Shown here one piece after another: positions 27,781 to 36,381 of a stretch of DNA of 50,173 nt (positions are counted from its first letter, which is position 1; every line of letters begins with the position of its first letter). The notes under the pieces are model-generated. The model was not told the origin of the DNA. It saw only the letters and a list, made by a program, of their open reading frames with translations, and searched no databases. The DNA is from a virus (taxonomy: Duplodnaviria > Caudoviricetes), in the IMG/VR virus record IMGVR_UViG_3300044806_000097, positions 1 to 50,173 of that record, one strand, 5' to 3'. The position numbers were made by a program, and so were the translations under genes.

Positions 27781-30178
27781 GAGCGGCCAGACGATTGGGT
27801 ATCACTACCTGATGTCGATGCTGTCCGGCCTGTGGCGAGGACCGGTCAATGACATCGTGGCCATCAAAGTGGGCGACAAGATCGCGTGGTCCGGCCACGC
27901 GGCCGTTGACGGCGGCTTGCAGACCATCGACAAGCCTGACTTGTTCGGCGGTGAGAAGAAAGAGGGTGGCATACAGGGCGGCTTCCGTGTGTTCATGGGG
28001 GCTGAAGACCAAGTGCTGCCTACGGCGGTGGATACCTACGCCGTAGGCGCACCGCTGACACCCATTAACCCCTTCACTGGTGTCAGTTCTTCGCCGAGAG
28101 AGATGCCCGCGCCTGCCGCTACTATAGGTGGTCGCGTGTCGGCTTTCCGGGGGGTCGTGACCGTATGGTTCGACGGCTTGGTCTGTTCGATGAACCCTTA
28201 CCCGAAAGAGTGGAAGTACCGGGGACGGCGATCAACGGCGGGCTGGTACAACGATGACCCGTGGTATCCGGAAAAAGCACTGATCTACTTGGCGGGCGAG
28301 CGCGAGATCACACGCGAAGAAGCCGATGGCCGGGGCCTGACGGCGATAGTCGATCAAATGGATTCGCTAGGCGTTACTACGCTGGTGGCCGCCGTCCCTG
28401 GATCAATTCACGCGATGAACCCGGCGCACATCCTGTACGAGTGCATCACCAATCCGTTGTGGGGTCGGGGCCTCCCGGCAACCGCACTGGACGAGAACAG
28501 CTTCATATACTCCGCGAACGCGTTCTGCACCGAAGGTCTCGGCCTTTGCCTTACATGGTTTCGCACGGACGATCTCGACGTATTCATGCAGTCGGTGATC
28601 GACCATGCCGGTGCCGCGCTTTACACCGATAAGGCTACCGGGCTCCTGACACTCCGCCCGATCCGTAAAGACTACGTGGCTGAAGACCTGCCGCTGTTCA
28701 CGCTCGACAGCGGGTTGCTCGACATTGAAGACGACGATAGCAGCGCGGCTGACGCAGCGTACAACGAAGTGGTGATCCGGGGCCACGACCCTATCAGTGA
28801 TACCGACTTTCAGATGCGTGCGCAGAACCTCGGGGCCTTGCAAGAAGCAGGGTCGCCCAATACCCTCTCCATTGACCGAAAGGGGTTCCCGACACGAGAC
28901 CTCGCCGGACGCGCGGCGGCGCGGGAACTGAAGGTCCACGCTTCCGGCCTCAAGAAGTTCAAAGTATCACTGGACCGTAGAGCATGGAAGTTGGCTCCGG
29001 CCTCGTGTTTCAGGATTTACGCACCACATCGGGGCCTTGGCTACATAATCCTTCGTGTTGGAGAGATACTCGAAAACGGCCTCGATTCTGGCGGCGAAGT
29101 CCAGGTCAAGGCGATGGAAGATGTTTTCGGTATGCCGGATACCAGCCTAATCACGGTGGTTCCGACAACGTGGTTAGCGCCGGGTTCTGAAGCCCTGCCG
29201 CCCGTCGAAGAGGAGATAGTCGAGGCGGGGTACAGAGACGTGCTCTTGGTCCGTGGCGCGTCTGACGCGGACGCTATGGCCGACGCTGACTCGGTCATGA
29301 TGGTCGTGGCGGCTGCGCCGAACGTCTCCTCAACCGAGTATGACCTCTACACCAAAGCAGACGGCGACACGTTGTACCTGAAGCGGGCGACGGGGTTCTT
29401 CACCGGGACAGCCCTACTGGACGAAGACATCACCCCTCTCCAAACGGTAGTCGCGGTGACGGGCCTCACCGACGTAACGTCCATGAATGAGGGCCAAGCT
29501 CTGCTACTCGGCGACGAGATCGTGGAGTTGTCGGCGCTCGATACCGGCGCGGGCACGATGACGTTGAAACGGGGATGTGCCGACACGATCCCGCAGGCCC
29601 ACGTGACTGGTGCGCGTCTGTGGACCATAGACGACGACGCCACAAGCGATGCTCGGGTTTACGTTGAAGGGGAGACTGCGCAAGCGAAGGTGCTGACCCG
29701 CACGTCGAGCGACGTTCTGACACTGGCCGAAGCAGCGGAACTCAGCATAACCTTCCAGGGGCGTGTGGCTCGGCCCTTTCCTCCCGGCGACCTGAAGGTG
29801 GATGGGACCAGCGTGTACGCACTGGACGGGGCCTACCCGGAACCGACGTTCACTTTCACACACCGGGACCGGAAGCTGCAAGCGGACCACCTGGTTGGCC
29901 ACGTTGAGTCGGACGTGGGGCCAGAAGCGGGAACGACCTACAATATCCGGTTCTTTGAGGAAGATGGCGTCACACTAATCCACGAAGAAACTGGCATAAC
30001 AACCTCGCCGTGGCAGTTCACCTTGGCGCTTCAATCCCCGTATAGCCCTATCTACAAGACTGTGGTAGAAGTGGCGTCCGAGCGCGATGGCCTAGAATCT
30101 TACCAAGTATACCGCTTTGAAATGTGGATACATGCCGGTTGGGACGATCTATGGGGCGGCTATTGGGGCGGCGTCTAG
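27770..30178 (+). CDS. Central tail tip/hub protein (phage tail 3/gpJ-like)
   Basis: MGGK...GYHY, LFGGEKKEGG, MNPAHILYEC, RGCADTIP motifs. Confidence 0.85.
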   Translation: MGGKSGQTIGYHYLMSMLSGLWRGPVNDIVAIKVGDKIAWSGHAAVDGGLQTIDKPDLFGGEKKEGGIQGGFRVFMGAEDQVLPTAVDTYAVGAPLTPINPFTGVSSSPREMPAPAATIGGRVSAFRGVVTVWFDGLVCSMNPYPKEWKYRGRRSTAGWYNDDPWYPEKALIYLAGEREITREEADGRGLTAIVDQMDSLGVTTLVAAVPGSIHAMNPAHILYECITNPLWGRGLPATALDENSFIYSANAFCTEGLGLCLTWFRTDDLDVFMQSVIDHAGAALYTDKATGLLTLRPIRKDYVAEDLPLFTLDSGLLDIEDDDSSAADAAYNEVVIRGHDPISDTDFQMRAQNLGALQEAGSPNTLSIDRKGFPTRDLAGRAAARELKVHASGLKKFKVSLDRRAWKLAPASCFRIYAPHRGLGYIILRVGEILENGLDSGGEVQVKAMEDVFGMPDTSLITVVPTTWLAPGSEALPPVEEEIVEAGYRDVLLVRGASDADAMADADSVMMVVAAAPNVSSTEYDLYTKADGDTLYLKRATGFFTGTALLDEDITPLQTVVAVTGLTDVTSMNEGQALLLGDEIVELSALDTGAGTMTLKRGCADTIPQAHVTGARLWTIDDDATSDARVYVEGETAQAKVLTRTSSDVLTLAEAAELSITFQGRVARPFPPGDLKVDGTSVYALDGAYPEPTFTFTHRDRKLQADHLVGHVESDVGPEAGTTYNIRFFEEDGVTLIHEETGITTSPWQFTLALQSPYSPIYKTVVEVASERDGLESYQVYRFEMWIHAGWDDLWGGYWGGV

Positions 30179-30199
30179 TCAAGAAAGGGTTTAACTGTT

Positions 30200-31255
30200 G
30201 TGCCTAGTAGAACTTTCCCAAACGTTGCGCTGAAGGCAGGCTACGATCTCCACGAAAATGGATGGGGAGACGAGATGACGGCCAATGTTCTGAAGCTTTC
30301 CGTCCTGACGCAAGGGCGGGTGCTCAGCAAACTGGCCGCTCTGCCCGGAGCACCCGCTGCTAACGACACCCACATCCTGGACGAGACACACGGGACGCAC
30401 CCCAACGAGATCGTCGTGTACGATAACGCTGCGTGGGTTTACATAGTCCCGCTTGTCGGGTGGCGCGTGTACAACGCTGGTGCGGGCTACCACGAAGAGT
30501 TCGACGGAACCTCATGGTCGGAAGTTACTTCTGGCACGCTCGACGGCTTGAGTGACGTTGACACGACTGGCGTAGCTGATCTCGATGTTCTTACCTACGA
30601 CGCTGGAACTAGCTCGTGGGTCCCTGCCGCGCCGTCAGGCGGAGGAGCCACCACGCTCGACGGCTTGAGTGACGTTGACACGACTGGCGTAGCTGATCTC
30701 GATGTTCTTACCTACGACGCTGGAACTAGCTCGTGGGTCCCTGCCGCGCCGTCAGGCGGGGGCGGCGGTGGCGTAGCCTCGGGCACCGCGTTTCCCGGCT
30801 CGCCCGCTGACCGCGACCTGTTCTTCAGAACCGACCGTGACATTCTTTACTTTTGGGACAACGCGAACTCACACTGGCTCTCGCAAGAACTGTTCATCTC
30901 GCAGTTGTCTGGCGTCAATACTTCGGCGACGCTTCCATTTACTGCCGGTTCGTTAAGCGCCTACGGACCCGCCCCACTTGGCGCTGTTTACGACCATTGG
31001 CTTATCGACTTTTGCGGAACGACCATTATGACGAATGGTTCGGTCAGTTCAAACTACTATTCTATGAGTTGTTCCCCGTCAGGCGCAGTGATAAGCACCG
31101 CGACCAATACGCAGAACGTGTGGACACACAAGAGAACAGCTATCAACGCGGTTCAAACCGCAGGCAATTGGGGTTTCGATGTCACCTTTACCAAGAATGG
31201 CGGCGGCGCGGTCATGTACGCAACCTTCTCAGTAACCTATCGCTTGATTGGTTAG
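30200..31255 (+). CDS. Tail fibre/receptor-binding protein with DUF2793-like N-terminus
   Basis: P.APA..D.HI...W....P..GWRVY N-terminal domain; duplicated LSDV repeats; C-terminal beta-rich domain. Confidence 0.75.
   Translation: MPSRTFPNVALKAGYDLHENGWGDEMTANVLKLSVLTQGRVLSKLAALPGAPAANDTHILDETHGTHPNEIVVYDNAAWVYIVPLVGWRVYNAGAGYHEEFDGTSWSEVTSGTLDGLSDVDTTGVADLDVLTYDAGTSSWVPAAPSGGGATTLDGLSDVDTTGVADLDVLTYDAGTSSWVPAAPSGGGGGGVASGTAFPGSPADRDLFFRTDRDILYFWDNANSHWLSQELFISQLSGVNTSATLPFTAGSLSAYGPAPLGAVYDHWLIDFCGTTIMTNGSVSSNYYSMSCSPSGAVISTATNTQNVWTHKRTAINAVQTAGNWGFDVTFTKNGGGAVMYATFSVTYRLIG
30535..30759 (+). repeat. Perfect 108-bp direct repeat (117-bp period) in the fibre gene
   Basis: 30535-30642 is identical to 30652-30759 (TLDGLSDVDTTGVADLDVLTYDAGTSSWVPAAPSG). 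Confidence 0.95.
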
Positions 31256-31295
31256 GGGCCATCGGTCGCACAAAGGGGTTCAACGGGGGAAAGCC

Positions 31296-31820
31296 ATGCC
31301 AAGTACGAGGTCAATTTCAATGGTTATCCAATCGCTCCGCCAACACTGGCCCGCCCGCAAACTGGAATGGCTCATGGCCGGGTTCATGTTCACGTGGGGA
31401 CTCTACGTCCTGATGCACCCGCAGATGTTCACAGACCCGAACAGTGAGAAGATGTTCTCGGGACTGGCCGCGATCTCCGCGCCTGTGACACAGTACCCGG
31501 CGCTCGCGTGGGGTGGCCTCGCCTTCGCGGCTGGTATTAGCAGGGCCGTAGCCCTCTTCATTAATGGGGCGTACACACGGACTCCGATGATCCGGCTGAT
31601 AGCCAGTTTTGTTTCGATGTTCATCCTTACACAAATTTCCATCGGAAGTTACGATTCAGGGGTTCCGAATCCCGGCGTTGTCGTCTATCCTTGGTTTGTA
31701 ATCGCTGACTTGCTTTCGGCGTACAGGGCGGCGGTTGACGCAGTACACGCAGAGAAGCAACGGCACGATAAGAAAGGCAACCATCGTGCCGACGAACGCC
31801 GTACTGCCCTCCGCGCCTGA
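31296..31820 (+). CDS. Multi-pass membrane protein of the lysis cassette (holin/antiholin candidate)
   Basis: About four hydrophobic segments, basic C-terminus, upstream of the endolysin. Confidence 0.6.
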   Translation: MPSTRSISMVIQSLRQHWPARKLEWLMAGFMFTWGLYVLMHPQMFTDPNSEKMFSGLAAISAPVTQYPALAWGGLAFAAGISRAVALFINGAYTRTPMIRLIASFVSMFILTQISIGSYDSGVPNPGVVVYPWFVIADLLSAYRAAVDAVHAEKQRHDKKGNHRADERRTALRA

Positions 31821-32178
31821 CATCTCATCGGTCATCACCAGTTTTGGTGTACTGTCCCTCGCCATAGCCGCTGTCATCGGCGGCCTGTACAAGGGTTTCA
31901 AGGAGGTCAAGAAGGACGTATTCAACTCGGGCACGCACTCGGAGAGCGTCACAGTCGGGCGCAATGACCTGACCGGCCTTACCGAATCGAACGTCCGGCT
32001 GATCGAGTCACACAAGGGTATTATCGAGGTCTTGCTCCATATGGACAGGAGCCTCGACAAGCTGGTAGAAGCGATCCTGGACGGACGCGAGATGACGCGG
32101 TCACAGATCGAAGAGCAACACAGGCTTAGAGCGGCCACGGTGGACCTCGTAGACCAGATGAGAAGGGCAAACCGATGA
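31786..32178 (+). CDS. Single-TM coiled-coil membrane protein (lysis cassette)
   Basis: GTG start after GAAAGG; one TM segment followed by a helical region. Confidence 0.6.
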   Translation: MPTNAVLPSAPDISSVITSFGVLSLAIAAVIGGLYKGFKEVKKDVFNSGTHSESVTVGRNDLTGLTESNVRLIESHKGIIEVLLHMDRSLDKLVEAILDGREMTRSQIEEQHRLRAATVDLVDQMRRANR

Positions 32179-32573
32179 GTGATCCGGTAGACATGCAGGA
32201 CCCGTTGCCTGAGACCAACTGGCTTTGGCGTCGGGTCTTCACTTTCGTTCTGACCATCGCCTCTGCGACCGCCATCTGGTACTGGACTGAGGAGATCATA
32301 CGACTGCGCCAGCCCGCGTACCTCTTCTCTCTGATTCGGTATGCCTACGGCGTCCACGTCATGCTGATCCTCTTCTATATGGTTGCCCCTAGTGCAGAGC
32401 AGATTGTCAAGCTGATACAGGCGGCGCGCATTATCCGTGAGGGTATACCCTCCTCCGGTAGCGCGTCGATCCAGACCTCAGAAGGGCGCACTGAGGTTAC
32501 GACCAGTTCCGGCGTCCCTGCATCCGCTCCCGCGCCTGATGAGGAAGACGCCGCACCTAGAGGAGCCGCCTGA
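32175..32573 (+). CDS. Holin-like two-TM protein
   Basis: W.WRRVF followed by two hydrophobic segments; abuts the endolysin. Confidence 0.6.
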   Translation: MSDPVDMQDPLPETNWLWRRVFTFVLTIASATAIWYWTEEIIRLRQPAYLFSLIRYAYGVHVMLILFYMVAPSAEQIVKLIQAARIIREGIPSSGSASIQTSEGRTEVTTSSGVPASAPAPDEEDAAPRGAA

Positions 32574-33373
32574 TGGCCTTGACCCTGAACGATGACGAAG
32601 CGGCCCAAGTGCGGGCGCTCGTGGACCAGCTTGCGCAGCGCCTCAGGGTGCAGCAGGCTCCTCCCATTCCCGCCGTAGTGCAATCTGTACCACAACCGGT
32701 GGCCTCGCACCCTGACGCCGGATTCGCTTTCGCCGACTACGGGAAGTTCTACGACTTCCTCCGGGGCAACGGTATGCTCGGGCCGACGATCAGCAAGGAT
32801 GAGTTCACCGGGTGCGACAACATCATCCGGGCTTGCGCTGAGGCCTCGTGGCCGGTGTCATGGGTCGCCTACGCGCTGGGCACGGCTTACCACGAGACCG
32901 CGCATACGATGATGCCTGTCAAGGAGCGCGGGGGCACGGCCTACTACACCCGCATGTACGACATCACCGGCAGCCGCCCGTGGAAGGCCAAGGAACTGGG
33001 CAACCTGACTCCGGGTGATGGGGCCAAGTATTGCGGCATGGGCTACCCCCAGACGACGGGCAAGGCCAACTACGTCAAGGCGACTGAGAAGCTGCGGGCA
33101 CTTGGGATCGACGTTGATCTGGTAGCGAATCCAGAAGACATGATGCGGCCTGACGTGGCGGCGGCTACCATGGTCTCTGGCATGGAGGAGGGATGGTTCA
33201 CGGGGCGCAAGCTGTCAGACGACCTACCCCGCACGAATACGGCGGCTGGCGCTCAGGCGTTCATCCTCAGCCGGGACATCATCAACGGGCACGACGACGA
33301 GAAGCTGATCGCCGGATATGCGGTGGACTTCCAGACCGGCCTTCTGGCGGCTGGCTATCGGATCGCAGCTTGA
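32573..33373 (+). CDS. Endolysin, GH19 (chitinase/lysozyme-like) family
   Basis: AYALGTAYHET, GMGYPQTTGKANY (variant of GRG..QLTG..NY), DLVANPE, R.IING. Confidence 0.9.
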   Translation: MALTLNDDEAAQVRALVDQLAQRLRVQQAPPIPAVVQSVPQPVASHPDAGFAFADYGKFYDFLRGNGMLGPTISKDEFTGCDNIIRACAEASWPVSWVAYALGTAYHETAHTMMPVKERGGTAYYTRMYDITGSRPWKAKELGNLTPGDGAKYCGMGYPQTTGKANYVKATEKLRALGIDVDLVANPEDMMRPDVAAATMVSGMEEGWFTGRKLSDDLPRTNTAAGAQAFILSRDIINGHDDEKLIAGYAVDFQTGLLAAGYRIAA

Positions 33374-33434
33374 CGACCGGCACGGCCTGATCTATCCGGG
33401 GATCGCCTTTCAGGCATCCTCTCCAAAACTTAAC

Positions 33435-33467
33435 AGGCCCGCTGGCTCGTCTGGCGGGCCTCTTTTA
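33435..33467 (+). terminator. Rho-independent terminator after the endolysin
   Basis: AGGCCCGCTGG-ctcgt-CTGGCGGGCCT-CTTTT. Confidence 0.8.
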
Positions 33468-33472
33468 TGGGC

Positions 33473-33501
33473 TTGCACGATCTGCGGATTGCCGCTAGTG
33501 T
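33473..33501 (+). promoter_or_regulatory. Sigma70-like promoter
   Basis: TTGCAC-N17-TAGTGT. Confidence 0.55.
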
Positions 33502-33671
33502 TCCCGAATCGCACGGTACTGAGGAGCCTTCGGGCAAATCTAGGTCGCGATGCAGGCGAGAGAGGATAGACCGGATGCCTCTCTTACCGATCTGATTGGA
33601 CTGCGAAGCCTTGATGATCGGGCGACCCGGCCCCGGATAGCCCGTCTACCCCTCCGGGGCAGGCGGGTTTT
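33501..33671 (+). ncRNA. Putative structured RNA or riboswitch-like leader of the spanin genes
   Basis: Non-coding with several stems (GCC-TTCG-GGC, GGTCGC/GCGACC, AGAGAGG/CCTCTCT); ends in a terminator hairpin (33641-33671) just before the spanin RBS. Confidence 0.55.
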
Positions 33672-33680
33672 CTGTAGGAG

Positions 33681-34067
33681 ATGACAATGCTGGCCTTAGT
33701 TAGTTCTATCGGCGCGATCCTCCCCGGCCTGTTCGGCAAGGTAGTAGGTCCGACCGCCTCCCGGATCATCGGGTTCATCACCATCGCTCTGCTCCTTGGC
33801 TCGATCTTATCCCTCGGGAAGTGCGCCTATGACGCCTCCGTGGTGAACGACTACAAGGCCAAGCAGGAAGCTGCTGCTGCCGGTGCCCGCGAAGACGCGG
33901 CGAACCAGCGCGTGATCGACGCCTCCACCAACGCTCAATCGGAAGAAGGACTCCACAATGTCATTCAAGCTGCGCCGTCTGGCGGTACTCTTAGCCCTGC
34001 CGCTCATGCTCTCGCTTGTGAGCGGTTGCGCCGCAACGGGAGGGTTCCCGAGTCCTGCCGACGTTAA
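33681..34067 (+). CDS. i-spanin (Rz-like)
   Basis: N-terminal TM segment, Ala-rich helix, overlapping lipoprotein gene. Confidence 0.75.
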   Translation: MTMLALVSSIGAILPGLFGKVVGPTASRIIGFITIALLLGSILSLGKCAYDASVVNDYKAKQEAAAAGAREDAANQRVIDASTNAQSEEGLHNVIQAAPSGGTLSPAAHALACERLRRNGRVPESCRR

Positions 34068-34242
34068 GGCTGTCACGGAGCAGAAGCCTGCCCCGACTGA
34101 CGCCATCACAACGGACCCAGTGGCCGAGGCAAACTACAACGCAGAGGTGGAAAGCTGGGGCGACCGGCTCTATAGCGCCGGTCACCGGCTCTGCACGTTC
34201 TTCAAGGACACCGGAATGAGGGGTCTGGACTGCCACAGATAG
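33958..34242 (+). CDS. o-spanin (Rz1-like lipoprotein)
   Basis: Signal peptide with lipobox LVSG-C; Pro-rich; overlaps Rz in another frame. Confidence 0.8.
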   Translation: MSFKLRRLAVLLALPLMLSLVSGCAATGGFPSPADVKAVTEQKPAPTDAITTDPVAEANYNAEVESWGDRLYSAGHRLCTFFKDTGMRGLDCHR

Positions 34243-34303
34243 ATTGGCTATCTTGCGCCTGCCTCCTGGTAGGTTATCCCTTGGAATTGGTCCTCCGGGG
34301 AAT

Positions 34304-34349
34304 AAGGAAGCCGCCGATCCCCTCGCAAAGGATCGGCGGCTTTTCCTTT
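34304..34349. terminator. Terminator between converging transcription units, probably bidirectional
   Basis: AAGCCGCCGATCC-loop-GGATCGGCGGCTT-TTCCTTT. Confidence 0.85.
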
Positions 34350-34479
34350 GTACACCCATGGCCGGAGGGAATCGACCACCCCTCCGGCCGCACTAACACC
34401 ATTGCTGGTGCCGGGGCCGAGTGTGAACCCCTACTCCGCCTATCCGCCTGGTCGAGCAGACAGGGGCATTCGTGTTTCG

Positions 34480-34692
34480 TCAGAAATTGTAGCGGCGAGG
34501 GTCACGCTTGTCCCGGCCGAACGTCGAGCGAAAGCCGTCAGTCCCGTCGCTGAAAGGCCCCTTCAATATATCCGATCCGGCGCTTACGGGCCTGGCCGCT
34601 CTCGCGCGGTCCGTGACGTCCTTCAGTCGCGCCGCCTCCTCGATTGCCTTGGAGCGGTCGATCTTCGGCGTGTTGGGTATCCGGTCTGTCAT
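34480..34692 (-). CDS. Hypothetical protein
   Basis: GGAG RBS before ATG 34692. Confidence 0.55.
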   Translation of the reverse strand: MTDRIPNTPKIDRSKAIEEAARLKDVTDRARAARPVSAGSDILKGPFSDGTDGFRSTFGRDKRDPRRYNF

Positions 34693-34799
34693 ACGAACTC
34701 CTGTCACAGGCGGGGTCGTCTTCTACCACTGGCCAGCGCCTGTCGCAAGTCGAGCAGAACCATTCGTCGTTCTGTCGGAGCTTGCGACAGGCGGGCACG

Positions 34800-35054
34800 T
34801 TACCGGCCTGCCAGCTTCCGGTCGAGGAGGTCGGCGGCCTCAGCGATGGTTGTCACCGCCATCGTCTCTTCGTCTGAGATCACAATGTTGTGATCGTCCT
34901 CAAACGCCATAGACAATTCTACCATGTCGAGAGAATCGCAGCCGAGATCGCGGGCGAAGTTCGTCTCAGGTTTAAGCTTGTCGCGGTCGGTGCCCGTGTG
35001 CTCGACAACCGTGTCCTTCACGAGGTCGAGCGTGCTGGAAGTAACTTCGGTCAT
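34800..35054 (-). CDS. acpP: Acyl carrier protein
   Basis: F..DLGCDSLDMVELSMAFED...I.ISDEE...VTTI phosphopantetheine-site signature; AGGAGG RBS before ATG 35054. Confidence 0.92.
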   Translation of the reverse strand: MTEVTSSTLDLVKDTVVEHTGTDRDKLKPETNFARDLGCDSLDMVELSMAFEDDHNIVISDEETMAVTTIAEAADLLDRKLAGR

Positions 35055-35119
35055 TTGGTCCTCCTGTGGGAAGGTGAGGCCGGGTAGCGTCGTATCCTCC
35101 ACTCCCGGCCTCGTCTCGA

Positions 35120-36355
35120 TCAGATATCGACTTCCTCGTCATCGGGGACTTCGGCGTCTGATATGACCTTCGGGGGCAAGATCGCCACCTCGTCATCGTC
35201 GCCAACAGCTTCCGCGCCTTCGATACCGAGATCAGCCTTCGGCTTCTTGGCGGGCTTGGCGTCTTCAGCCTTCGGCTTCTTGGCACTCTTTGCCGCGCCG
35301 CCCTTGGCCGACTTCTGACGGCGCTCGACCGCTGCTTCGCCTTCGGTCTTCTCGGCCTTCACCTTGGCGGGCTTGGCGTCTTCAACCTTCTTCGCCTTGG
35401 CGGGCTTCGCGGCCTTAGCAGGCTTCGGCTCAGCGGGCGGAGCCGGAACTTCGATCACCATGTTGATGATGCCGTTCACACCCGCGAGCTTGGTGTCGTC
35501 CTCGCCCTCGGTGGCCGGGATCGCTTCACGGACCTTCGCGGCGACCGCCTTGACGATCTCCTTCATGTCCGCGCCTTCCGACACCGACACCGCCACCTTG
35601 ATCTTCTGCATCTTCGGACCAGTGAGCTTCTTGGTGACCTTCTGGCCGGTCTTCTCGGCCTTCTTGATTGCCACTTCGATCTTGTCAGCAGCGGTGTCCG
35701 CGTTCTTGCGGAGAAGCTGGATAGCCATAGTACTGGAGACCACACCGGCCGCGACGTGCTGCTTGACCTTGCCTTCGGCATTGGCGAGCAGGAGCACGTC
35801 ATCCAGGTAGCGCGACGTGACGCCGAGCCGAGTAGCGATCTCGCCCTTCTTCGCGCCTTCGTCAGCGAGCAGACGCTTCACGACGATACCGAGTTCGAAC
35901 GGCGTCAGCGGACGACCGCTGTTGGCGGTGTGCAGTGCGACGGTCAAGTCAGTCAGCGACACTTCCTTGGCGTGAACCATCACAGGCAGAGTCGTGATCT
36001 CGTCCTTCTCCGCCGTATCAGGATCGGCGTTGAACTCCTGCACCGCCGCGAGGCGGGTGTGCCCGTCCGTCACGTAGATGATGTTCTCGTCGCCTTCCTT
36101 GGCAACATAACCGGCCAGGGGTTTGGTTGAGTCGTAGCCGTTCGCAGCAATGCTGGCGCGAATCGATTCGCGGTGATTGAGGTAGTCCGGCGATTCGACG
36201 CGGACGTTGAAGCCGGGGATCGGCTTGATCTTGTCAACCGGCACGCGGTAGAGCTTGGCGCTGGTTGCTTCAGCAGCTTCCATGGTCGGGTCAACCGGAG
36301 CGGCGGTGAGTTCGTGTGTGAACTTCGCCTTCGGCAGAGTCAGTTTATCAGCCAT
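35120..36355 (-). CDS. ParB-like protein (CTPase-type N-domain plus HTH) with a Lys/Ala/Pro-rich tail
   Basis: GFNVR, TDGHTRL (GxxR), ANSGRPLTPFE, HTH KGEIATRLGVTSRYL; PAKAAKPAKAKK repeats. Confidence 0.85.
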   Translation of the reverse strand: MADKLTLPKAKFTHELTAAPVDPTMEAAEATSAKLYRVPVDKIKPIPGFNVRVESPDYLNHRESIRASIAANGYDSTKPLAGYVAKEGDENIIYVTDGHTRLAAVQEFNADPDTAEKDEITTLPVMVHAKEVSLTDLTVALHTANSGRPLTPFELGIVVKRLLADEGAKKGEIATRLGVTSRYLDDVLLLANAEGKVKQHVAAGVVSSTMAIQLLRKNADTAADKIEVAIKKAEKTGQKVTKKLTGPKMQKIKVAVSVSEGADMKEIVKAVAAKVREAIPATEGEDDTKLAGVNGIINMVIEVPAPPAEPKPAKAAKPAKAKKVEDAKPAKVKAEKTEGEAAVERRQKSAKGGAAKSAKKPKAEDAKPAKKPKADLGIEGAEAVGDDDEVAILPPKVISDAEVPDDEEVDI

Positions 36356-36381
36356 TGTTCATTCCTTTCGTATCATTGGGG

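Noticed and set aside
30535-30759. Fibre repeat as a diversity-generating retroelement TR/VR pair
   Set aside because: Copies are identical and tandem in frame, with no adenine-specific differences and no reverse transcriptase in the window
33508-33551. Hammerhead-ribozyme-like core CTGAGGA-GCC-TTCG-GGC-AAA
   Set aside because: Lacks the conserved G of GAAA, and stem I is not adjacent to the core
34350-34480. Functional tRNA or tmRNA gene
   Set aside because: No matching acceptor 5' strand, D-arm or anticodon arm could be built; kept only as a low-interest finding
35120-36355. Complete ParABS plasmid-prophage partition system
   Set aside because: No ParA, replication initiator, integrase or clear repressor in the window, although the part of the genome outside the window is unseen
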